The notes under the pieces are model-generated. The model was not told the DNA's origin. It saw only the letters and a program-made list of their open reading frames with translations, and did no database searches. DNA of 20,000 bases from an uncultured virus (IMG/VR IMGVR_UViG_3300044727_000112). Lineage: Duplodnaviria; Heunggongvirae; Uroviricota; Caudoviricetes. The stretch is from IMG/VR virus record IMGVR_UViG_3300044727_000112. One strand, given 5' to 3'. Made by a program: the position numbers and the translations under genes. Positions 1 to 7,427 of this stretch are shown here, one piece after another. The first letter of the stretch is position 1. Each line of letters starts with the position of its first letter.

Positions 1-1883
1 TGGGATCCCGGCCTTGCATTTGGGTTGAGGATCTGTCCCCCCGGCCGATACAAGAACGGATCGTAGTTTGGGTTTATGTTCTCGTGGGGTTGTACCCGCT
101 GCTGTCTCGGCTGTTGCTGCCCAGGAGCCGACGGACCAGCCTGACGCTGTGGCTGTTGCTGTAGCTGTTGCACCCGATCGCCACCTGCACCCGCTGGCTG
201 CGGAGTCGCAGCCGGAGCCTGACCAGGTAATCCTGCAGCGATCCGCTGGGCCTGTGCCAACGGAGCCTCAGGTGTCGCTGCTGGTCCGGCTTCCGCCGGC
301 CGCGGCTGAGGCATCGGGGTTCCAGGAGGAGCTTGAACCTGTGCCGTACCTCCAGTCGGTGGCGGCATCATCGGGCCAGCCACCTGATACGGCGGTGCAT
401 TCTCCGGGTTCTGTGCCGGTCCCTGCATTGCCGCCTGCAGAGTGGCATCGATCCCCTTATCGGCAGCGATATCGAACACACTGCCTGCGCCCTTGGCGTA
501 ATCCTGGAATTGCTGCGGGCTGAGATGATAGGTCCGCGCGGCCTCACCATTCTCGGGCCGCACGATCGCAGTGATCAACCCGTTCTCGGTCGGATGGAAC
601 GAGACCTGGTTGCCGTTCGGAATGAGATTGTTGAGCTTCTCGGCAATCTGTAGCGCCTCTACGAACTTGCCCTGGCCGGTGGCCGCGACCATTGCCGCCC
701 GTAGATTGTCATAAGACGGCCGCAGCGCCTGGACAAAGCGCGAGGCGCCATCGATGTCGCCCTTGCCCATCAGATCCTGGAACGCTTTGCGGATCGAGCC
801 GCTCTGATCGAGGTGTGGGTTCTCCTGGGTAGCCCGGTCGAGCAGTTGGGTCATCTGCTCCGGAGTAAAATTGCGTTCACCCTTGAGATAATTTGTAAGC
901 TGCTGTGAAGCCCCGGCCGGTGGTGCTGGTCCCTGTACCCCAGAAACCGCTTGCGGTTGGGTTGCAGCTTCTCCTTGTGGCCGCGCTTGCGGCATCGGCA
1001 CCTGCGGCTGTTCTTGTGGCTGCGGTGCCACCGGAGGAGGCCTGCCTTCCTCAGAAGCAGCCGGCTCTGGAGCCTGTGCCGGCGTCGGAGGCGGCGGCAA
1101 GGGAGCTATCGCACCTGGTAATGGCGCACGTTCCGGCAGTGGCTCCTGCTGATCGACCACCTGCTGCGGTTGCGGTTGCTGCTGTGGATGCTGTCCCTTG
1201 TCGAGGCCGAACTGCTTGCGGGTCCAGTCGAGCGCCTCTCTTAGCTGCTGCTCCGGATCATCCTGCCGTGCCTGCTGAGGCTGGAAACCGACCGGCTCCT
1301 GGGCAGCATCATCCTGCGCCCGCAGGGCCTCTGGATCACGATCGGCCTGATCTTGAGGTGGAGCATTGTAGCCGGTTGGAGCTCCCCTGCCCTCACCGCC
1401 ACCTTCCTCTCCCTCTTCTTCCGGCGGCTGCTGCTGTTGTGCTGGACCACCACCCTCTTCGCCGCCGCCTTCCTCGCCTCCTTCATCCGGCGGTGGTCTT
1501 TCTGAAGGCTGTGGTAGCTCTTCCTCATCAACTGGTTCCGGAACATCCGGCTCTTCATCGTCCTCGACGTCACCACCTTCTTGGTAACCAGTCTTTCGAC
1601 GCACTGAGCCACCACGCCGATAATTCTGCTCTTCCGGCAGTGAAGGAGCCCCTTCTGGCATGGTTGCCAGCGGACCAGCATCCTCGACGGCATGATCTGG
1701 ATCATGGCTGCGCGATGTCAGTGCTGACGCCATCATGACAGGTCCACTGACGCCGTAACCAACCTCGCCGCCGGTCGCAAACTTCGGCATGCCGTAGCCG
1801 GTGCGTGGAGCTCCCTCCCATTTGCGCATGGCGGCAGACTCAGTGTCTCCTCGCAATGTATTTCGACGTTGCCGCTTTCTCAT
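1..1883 (-). CDS. Putative internal virion (DNA ejection) protein, Pro/Gln/Glu-rich; 3' partial (>627 aa); absent from the supplied ORF track
   Basis: Manual translation: the ATG at 1883 overlaps the upstream TGA (ATGA), with an alternative ATG at 1829. It reads MRKRQRRNTLRGDTESAAMRKWEGAPRTGYGMPKFATGGEV... and I found no stop before the window edge (...NPNARPGS). A folded-looking segment (LTNYLKGERNFTPEQMTQLLDRA...FDIAADKGIDATLQAAMQ) is flanked by P/Q-rich disorder. The function is inferred from its position after the tail genes. Confidence 0.8.
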   Translation of the reverse strand, partial: MRKRQRRNTLRGDTESAAMRKWEGAPRTGYGMPKFATGGEVGYGVSGPVMMASALTSRSHDPDHAVEDAGPLATMPEGAPSLPEEQNYRRGGSVRRKTGYQEGGDVEDDEEPDVPEPVDEEELPQPSERPPPDEGGEEGGGEEGGGPAQQQQPPEEEGEEGGGEGRGAPTGYNAPPQDQADRDPEALRAQDDAAQEPVGFQPQQARQDDPEQQLREALDWTRKQFGLDKGQHPQQQPQPQQVVDQQEPLPERAPLPGAIAPLPPPPTPAQAPEPAASEEGRPPPVAPQPQEQPQVPMPQARPQGEAATQPQAVSGVQGPAPPAGASQQLTNYLKGERNFTPEQMTQLLDRATQENPHLDQSGSIRKAFQDLMGKGDIDGASRFVQALRPSYDNLRAAMVAATGQGKFVEALQIAEKLNNLIPNGNQVSFHPTENGLITAIVRPENGEAARTYHLSPQQFQDYAKGAGSVFDIAADKGIDATLQAAMQGPAQNPENAPPYQVAGPMMPPPTGGTAQVQAPPGTPMPQPRPAEAGPAATPEAPLAQAQRIAAGLPGQAPAATPQPAGAGGDRVQQLQQQPQRQAGPSAPGQQQPRQQRVQPHENINPNYDPFLYRPGGQILNPNARPGS

Positions 1884-4543
1884 CGTTGCGGTCCACCATA
1901 TCCAGTCGACGGCTGCCCACCGCCCTGACCTTGTTTACGAGCCTGCTGAATCAGCTTGTAGAAAAACTCCTTACCCTTCCATTTCGCCACATCTTTGGGG
2001 ATCACGAACTCCTCAGCATTGAGCCTGGCGTCGACGTCATCAGTTTGCGAACCACCTGATGGCGAGAGCTCGCGCGAAACAAAACCGCCGCTTGTTGCTT
2101 GCTGTTGATTCGGTCCACGCTGGGCCGGACCACCACCCGCCATTCGTTGTGGAGGCTGCATGCCGCCGCCGGCCATTGGCATGGCCCCAGCTTGCGATTG
2201 CGGCATGCCATTGGCCTGCAGGTAGCCCCGCCGCGGCATCGCTGACGGTCCACCCGCTGCCATTTGCATGATGTTCGGTGCCGGCTGTGGCGGTCGCCGT
2301 GCTGGTCCACCCATTGCAAAGCGTTGTATTGGTGCAACCCCCTCTGGCGGCCGCGGTGGCCGTGGCGGCATATCCAGGCGACGACCTCTGTCCGTAATCG
2401 GCGGACGTGGAGGGTTGTAACCAGTTCGGCGTATCGGACGTCCTGGCGGCCGCATTGGGAGTCTTGGTCGCATCGGTCGCATCGGTCCACGGGTTCTCAT
2501 CGGCATTGGTTGCCTCCGTCGCACTGGACCACCGCGGGCATATTCCTCTTCATAATCGCCACCCCAGTCGCCGCTGTCGTCATAGGTGTCGCTGTTGTCA
2601 TACTGATCGCCGCCGCTGTCGCTAGTATCGTAATCGCCGTAATCGTCGTAGCTCTGATCATCCCAGTTGCTCTGATCGTCAGCCCAACTAGAATCGTCCC
2701 AGTTGCTCTGGTCGTCCCAACCGGAATCGTCGTAGCCCTGGTCGCCGCCCCAATCGCTTTGATCGTCATACTGATCGCCGTACTGATCGCCGTACTGATC
2801 GCCACCCCAATCGCTTTGATTGTCGTACTGATCGCCGTACTGATCGCCGTACTGATCGCCGCCCCAGTCAGTTTGATCGCCGTATTGATCGCCGTATTGA
2901 TCGCCGCCCCAGTCAGTTTGATCGCCATATTGATCGCCGCCCCAGTTGTCATACTGATTGGCGTCTTGCTCTCCATAGCCTTGATCGCTGTAGGGATCGT
3001 ACTGAGTAAAATCCTCACCGCTGAAATCGTAGCCGCCGTATTCCTCACCACCTGTACCGCTGACATCAGTGCCGTACTGATCTTGCCACTGGCTTAAATC
3101 TTGTCCGCCTTCCGGCACTTGCCAATCACCACCTGCGACCTGATAAGGCGGTGCATTTTCGTAATCACCAGCCATCGGTGCGTCATACTGGTTCTGATCG
3201 TAATCGCTGGTGTAGGGCGCACCGGTATAGTCACCCTCGGCCCCATATTGCGTGGGATCGAACTGGCCGGCGTAATCACCTGGCAGCTGATACTCGGGGC
3301 CTTCACCAGTGCCGGTGGTGTCTTGCCCTGGCGCTGCACCCTGATCACCAGTCGGCGCCTGCCAATCCTCGCCACCGGCCGTTTGCCAGGGCTGACCGGC
3401 TTCAGCACCGGCAAGCGGATTACCTTCACCCAGCGGATTGCCTTCAACCAGGGTCTGCCCAGGCTCCGGCGTATAATCCGGAGGCGGGTCGGTTAGTCGT
3501 GGGAACTCCGTACCGGGCTGCTCTTCCGGCGACGGCTGCTCCTCCGTCGTCTCCGGCGGCGGCCGCTCCTCTGTCGTTGTTTCCGATGGCGGTTTATCGG
3601 GATCTTCTACCGGCGACGGTTTGTCCGGATCCTCAACCGGCGGCGGTTTATTGGGATCCTCTACCGGCGGCTGCTCTTCATCTGGCGGCTTGGGTGGTGT
3701 TGGCGCTGGTCCTGGCGGCTTCGGTCCAGGCTTTGGCGCTGCAGGAGCCCTGCCACCACCAGCGCCAGCACCTGCGCCTCCTCGAGGAGCCGCGGGCTGC
3801 CGTGGTTGACCGCCACCGCCACCGCCGCCCTGGTCACCTCCGCCACCACCCGGTGGCTTCTCTCCACCGCCACCAGCCTTCGCACCACCACCGCCACCAG
3901 CCTGTGCCGGATCGATAGTCTGGCTCTTGCTTTCCTGGGTGCTCTGGCTGTCCTGGGTATGCTGCGAGGTCGACGTGTTACCCAGCGGCGGATATTTCAA
4001 CTGCGAGCCAGTGGCCAACAGGGCATTCATCGCCTTGGCAGCCTCGTAACCGGTCTGGGTGTTCTGCAGCGAGGCTGAGATCGCCTGGTTGCGCATGGCA
4101 TTGCCAGCGGCCTCATCAGCCATCCGCTGCTGGTTACCTGCACCAGCAGCGGAAGCCGACGACATCACGCGGTTGGCTTTATCCAATGCCGCGTACCGAC
4201 CGGAGGACGGGTCGATGCCGTAGCTCTCGAGATCTCGGATGGATGACAGCCGGCCCTTCTCGGCCGCCTGCTGTACGCCTGCTTCCGCCATCCCCATGTC
4301 GACAGCAATGCGCTGCGGGCTGGCATAGGACAGCGCATCTCGCATCAGGCCATCAATGCTGCCCTGGTTTTTGTTGAATTGGTCCATGCCCCATTTGTAG
4401 ACTTCGGGGGCTTGATCGAAGGCGTATTGCGCAATGGCCTGCAGCAGCGGCGCTTGCGTATAATCCGGGATGTAGGTGCCAGCTTGACTGGTGCCCTGAC
4501 CGGTACTGGTGCTTTGACCAGAAGAAGAACTACTCGCTGCCAT
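1880..4543 (-). CDS. Putative internal virion/ejection protein (887 aa), largely low-complexity
   Basis: The N-terminal helical region has LESYGIDPSSGRY...ASAAGAGNQQR, resembling the G(V/I)xPxSGR motif of podoviral ejection-type proteins. The C-terminal GGSQTDDVDARLNAEEFVIPKDV resembles the SDSIPARLSNGEFVI motif of tape-measure/ejection proteins. Central Gly/Pro, acidic D/Y/G/W and Arg/Pro/Met blocks. Confidence 0.75.
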   Translation of the reverse strand: MAASSSSSGQSTSTGQGTSQAGTYIPDYTQAPLLQAIAQYAFDQAPEVYKWGMDQFNKNQGSIDGLMRDALSYASPQRIAVDMGMAEAGVQQAAEKGRLSSIRDLESYGIDPSSGRYAALDKANRVMSSASAAGAGNQQRMADEAAGNAMRNQAISASLQNTQTGYEAAKAMNALLATGSQLKYPPLGNTSTSQHTQDSQSTQESKSQTIDPAQAGGGGGAKAGGGGEKPPGGGGGDQGGGGGGGQPRQPAAPRGGAGAGAGGGRAPAAPKPGPKPPGPAPTPPKPPDEEQPPVEDPNKPPPVEDPDKPSPVEDPDKPPSETTTEERPPPETTEEQPSPEEQPGTEFPRLTDPPPDYTPEPGQTLVEGNPLGEGNPLAGAEAGQPWQTAGGEDWQAPTGDQGAAPGQDTTGTGEGPEYQLPGDYAGQFDPTQYGAEGDYTGAPYTSDYDQNQYDAPMAGDYENAPPYQVAGGDWQVPEGGQDLSQWQDQYGTDVSGTGGEEYGGYDFSGEDFTQYDPYSDQGYGEQDANQYDNWGGDQYGDQTDWGGDQYGDQYGDQTDWGGDQYGDQYGDQYDNQSDWGGDQYGDQYGDQYDDQSDWGGDQGYDDSGWDDQSNWDDSSWADDQSNWDDQSYDDYGDYDTSDSGGDQYDNSDTYDDSGDWGGDYEEEYARGGPVRRRQPMPMRTRGPMRPMRPRLPMRPPGRPIRRTGYNPPRPPITDRGRRLDMPPRPPRPPEGVAPIQRFAMGGPARRPPQPAPNIMQMAAGGPSAMPRRGYLQANGMPQSQAGAMPMAGGGMQPPQRMAGGGPAQRGPNQQQATSGGFVSRELSPSGGSQTDDVDARLNAEEFVIPKDVAKWKGKEFFYKLIQQARKQGQGGGQPSTGYGGPQR
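2740..2945 (-). repeat. Intragenic tandem repeat encoding (DQYG)n-DQ(T/S)DWGG
   Basis: 12-bp unit actgatcgccgt/attgatcgccgt within larger units punctuated by DWGG; in frame in the 887-aa ORF. Confidence 0.9.
3590..3672 (-). repeat. Three 27-bp in-frame repeats encoding P(P/S)PVEDP(N/D)K
   Basis: The translation reads QPPVEDPNKPPPVEDPDKPSPVEDPDKPP. Confidence 0.85.
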
Positions 4544-4557
4544 GCGCTAGGCCCTGG

Positions 4558-4580
4558 AAAAAGCTGGACTTTTCCAGCCT
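4558..4580 (-). terminator. Weak intrinsic terminator-like hairpin with an alternative fold
   Basis: Minus-strand RNA: AG-GCUGGA-AAAG-UCCAGC-UUUUU, a 6-bp perfect stem plus U5. It lies in the only sizeable intergenic gap. Confidence 0.5.
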
Positions 4581-4602
4581 CTCCCGCCCTAACAGAAAAA
4601 CA

Positions 4603-4617
4603 CTAAGGAATGCTTAA
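4603..4617. promoter_or_regulatory. Near-consensus CtrA-binding box (TTAA-N7-TTAA, 1 mismatch)
   Basis: Plus strand CTAA-GGAATGC-TTAA; minus strand TTAA-GCATTCC-TTAG. Intergenic, about 60 bp upstream of the 887-aa gene start. Confidence 0.35.
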
Positions 4618-4619
4618 GA

Positions 4620-5747
4620 TCACTCGCGCGCGCCAACGACCAGGCTCCAGCACCTGGTCCCCTTGGGGCCTACGACCTGGTTCTTCCACTCGATGCCGTC
4701 TTCACTGTACGAGATGCAGGGGCTGCCACTGTCATCAGCACCGCAAGCAACAAACACGTAATAGCCGTAGGCCACACTGGATCCAAATTTGATTTTTGAA
4801 TTGCAGCTACCCAACTTCTTACCGGTGTTGGCATCGCTTATTACACCATCAGGATCATGATAATCGTAACCCGGCGTGCCGGGGCCATGATTGCCGTGTG
4901 CATTCGGAAAACTAATTATAAGTGTGCGTCCGGAATATCTGCCTTTCCGCACCGGACCATTCGCTTTGTTTCTGTTCGACAGCTGATAGAGATCACGAAT
5001 TGGAATTTTCTTTGGATCTGCTGCCAACGGTGCAGCAGCTGCTGTTGCCAGCATGCGTGACATGGCAGGACGAGCCAAGGCAGGAACAGCCATGGCAGGA
5101 CCAACTTCAACATCAGGTAGCTTCACCTGGGCATGGAACTCATCTGGATCAACATCGATCACAGCCGGAGCGGCAAACGATTCAACAGCTGATGCAACAG
5201 CTAGTGATCGTGCTGCAAAAGAAGAAGGCGCGTGATATCGCTCTGGCGTCCAGGTCTCACCACTTTTAGATGTGAACGTATCAGCATGATCAAATGATGC
5301 ACTCTCCAACCTGGCTTGATTGCTGGATTCATTGACACCTTGAAAATCAACAAAAAACTGTGAAGTAAAATGTCTCTCGTCAAAAAACCGTGTTTCTACA
5401 AAAGCTTTTCCCTCATGACTGATGGCAAGACCAGACATGACATCTGTTTGGTCGTTCGTTAAGCCTTGCCCACCCAATATCCATAACGGCTCGCCATCAG
5501 GCTCGAAACTCTTGCGCATCCAAAGTCCGGAAGTGAATCCGTAAAGTCCACCAGGAGTGTGATAACGCTTACCGGCAGACCAGACCATGCCGTCGTCAGA
5601 GGTGTAAAGAAATCCATTATCAGGAACAGAAAATAAACCGACCTGGCTGATATCACCCACCATGAAAAAGCATTTCTTCTCACTCTGCCAATTCACGTCG
5701 GTGACACGTTCAAAAAAATCCTCTTTGAACAGTACCCGTCCAGGCAC
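4620..5747 (-). CDS. Asp-box/BNR-repeat (beta-propeller-like) virion protein, possible tail tip or receptor-binding protein
   Basis: SxDG/SxxG..W motifs YTSDDGMVW, FTSKSGETW and SYSEDGIEW, plus degenerate ISHEGKAF. The GTG start abuts the upstream TAA. Confidence 0.65.
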   Translation of the reverse strand: MPGRVLFKEDFFERVTDVNWQSEKKCFFMVGDISQVGLFSVPDNGFLYTSDDGMVWSAGKRYHTPGGLYGFTSGLWMRKSFEPDGEPLWILGGQGLTNDQTDVMSGLAISHEGKAFVETRFFDERHFTSQFFVDFQGVNESSNQARLESASFDHADTFTSKSGETWTPERYHAPSSFAARSLAVASAVESFAAPAVIDVDPDEFHAQVKLPDVEVGPAMAVPALARPAMSRMLATAAAAPLAADPKKIPIRDLYQLSNRNKANGPVRKGRYSGRTLIISFPNAHGNHGPGTPGYDYHDPDGVISDANTGKKLGSCNSKIKFGSSVAYGYYVFVACGADDSGSPCISYSEDGIEWKNQVVGPKGTRCWSLVVGARE

Positions 5748-6230
5748 TTATTCCCCCGTGAACGATCCCGTTGGAAACAATGGCTCGGTGCCAGGTTCAT
5801 CAAGCTGTTTTACATAACGCCAAACAAACTCCGGATCATCGTGACTACGGTTCTCGAAATGCACGGCGTTGAGCCGCTGCACCCAGAGCCGTGATGTCTT
5901 GTCGATTGTACCACCGTCATGATGATACATGAAGCCGGTAACCGCTTCGACTTCCTTTTGATCCCAAGCGGGATAATCAGTGTAGTGAGTGTTGCCTTCG
6001 GCCTTGAAAAATGGCGGGCTAGGCTTGTAGAGATTGTTGACCACCAGGCTGGAGGTGTATTGTCGCAGCACATCGCGCATGACATTGACAGTGCGGATGA
6101 GCGACGGCAGATCGGTAGCTGCCGGAATGCTTGGCACCGTCACTGGTCTGGGCTGACCCCCACTACCGCGAAACAGCGAGCGATAATATGGCAGCTGGCT
6201 ATCGCTGACTGGACAAACGGGTGCAGTCAT
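5748..6230 (-). CDS. Hypothetical phage protein, paralogue 3 of a tandem triplet
   Basis: Motifs APVCPV, IPAATDLPSLIRTVN, VVNN, RLNAVHFEN; ATGA overlap with the upstream gene. Confidence 0.8.
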   Translation of the reverse strand: MTAPVCPVSDSQLPYYRSLFRGSGGQPRPVTVPSIPAATDLPSLIRTVNVMRDVLRQYTSSLVVNNLYKPSPPFFKAEGNTHYTDYPAWDQKEVEAVTGFMYHHDGGTIDKTSRLWVQRLNAVHFENRSHDDPEFVWRYVKQLDEPGTEPLFPTGSFTGE

Positions 6231-6730
6231 CCCTCTAACTCCCGCATGGTCTTGTTTCCACTCACGACCAACTCGCCTTCGCCCTTGTCACCATAGGTCC
6301 AAGTCAGATAGGACTTCCAACTGCGATCGTACCACACCATCCGTTCAATCCGTTCCATGATGATGTAAGACGCTCTATCCTCTACGCCGTCCTTGTCCTT
6401 GCCAAAATATTTGTACCGCTTCTTCACTCGCTTGTCCGTCTGCTCGACCCAGCGGGCGGTCTTGTTTTTGTTCTTGTCCTTGGATGGAGAAACGCCGCTT
6501 GTCCTTGGATTAAAAACATTGTTCCTGACTTGATTATTGGTGATCGATGTCATGATCGAACGCGCAATGTTGGCTACCAGAATCGCCGTATTCAAATCAT
6601 TCTGTGGCACCCGTGGAATAGCTGGACGGGTAAAGATCTGCCGATTGAACAGATGCGCCTGCCTGGGACCAAGCGAAGAGTCCGTACTGATTGGACAGGT
6701 CGGTGCGACATCGCTGAAATAGATCGGCAT
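6227..6730 (-). CDS. Hypothetical phage protein, paralogue 2 of a tandem triplet
   Basis: Motifs APTCPI, IPRVPQNDLNTAILVAN, VRNN, RIERMVWYD; 2-bp gap from the upstream stop. Confidence 0.8.
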   Translation of the reverse strand: MPIYFSDVAPTCPISTDSSLGPRQAHLFNRQIFTRPAIPRVPQNDLNTAILVANIARSIMTSITNNQVRNNVFNPRTSGVSPSKDKNKNKTARWVEQTDKRVKKRYKYFGKDKDGVEDRASYIIMERIERMVWYDRSWKSYLTWTYGDKGEGELVVSGNKTMRELEG

Positions 6731-6732
6731 GG

Positions 6733-7188
6733 CTATCCTGGCATCCGTAGACCGGAGCCTTCTCCCTCATAATTGAGCCGGTAGTCGGTATTCTGATTGT
6801 AGAAGTAGACGGTCTTGAGACATTTGATCTCGATGTGCTGATCGTTGTCTGCCGGATTGATCGCCTTCTGCGTGATGTAATCGCGTCCCTCCAGCACCCA
6901 GTCAGCCGGCCCGTAGTCCTGGCCGAACTTCTCGCCCTTCAAGATCACGCCACCGCCACCTGGCGGATGAATATTGTTCACCACCGGTTCGGCACGGTTG
7001 ATCATGGTGATGATGCTGTTCATGATATTGAGCGCCCTGATTGCCGACGCCAGATCGTGCGCGCGCGGGATTTTGTTGACCAAGTCCTGCAGATGTCCTG
7101 GTCGCGACCAGGGATCGCCACGCTGAAACACTCGTGCGCCAGGGATCGGCTGGCCATAAGCGATCGGACAAGAAGGAGCGTCAGTCAT
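6733..7188 (-). CDS. Hypothetical phage protein, paralogue 1 of a tandem triplet
   Basis: Motifs APSCPI, IPRAHDLASAIRALN, VVNN, CLKTVYFYN; ATGA overlap with the upstream gene. Confidence 0.8.
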   Translation of the reverse strand: MTDAPSCPIAYGQPIPGARVFQRGDPWSRPGHLQDLVNKIPRAHDLASAIRALNIMNSIITMINRAEPVVNNIHPPGGGGVILKGEKFGQDYGPADWVLEGRDYITQKAINPADNDQHIEIKCLKTVYFYNQNTDYRLNYEGEGSGLRMPG

Positions 7189-7427
7189 TTTACAACTCGC
7201 AATCGTGGTTCGAAATCCCCCAGCTCCACCATATGGCGTGGAATTGGCCGAGTATGGAATTCACAAAACACGACCCCCTCAGGAATTACTCGACTAAACG
7301 GTACGTAAAACCGAAAGCCGATCGTCTCGTCGATATCCTGCTCGAGCATTCCGCGGTGGACCTCGTAACGTAGCTCAGACAGCAGCTTCTCGATCCGCTC
7401 CCGGCGAAAATTGGTGGTGTCAGTCAT
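7185..7427 (-). CDS. Small hypothetical protein (80 aa) ending in an SspB-like ClpX-binding motif (PRLRVVK)
   Basis: Start re-called at ATG 7427 (MTDTTNF...), which is preceded by GGAG and overlaps the upstream gene end. The C-terminus is ...GDFEPRLRVVK*. Confidence 0.7.
   Translation of the reverse strand: MTDTTNFRRERIEKLLSELRYEVHRGMLEQDIDETIGFRFYVPFSRVIPEGVVFCEFHTRPIPRHMVELGDFEPRLRVVK

Noticed and set aside
2740..2945. Regular repeats resembling a CRISPR array
   Set aside because: The units are multiples of 3, in frame in a CDS and lack unique spacers; there are no cas genes.
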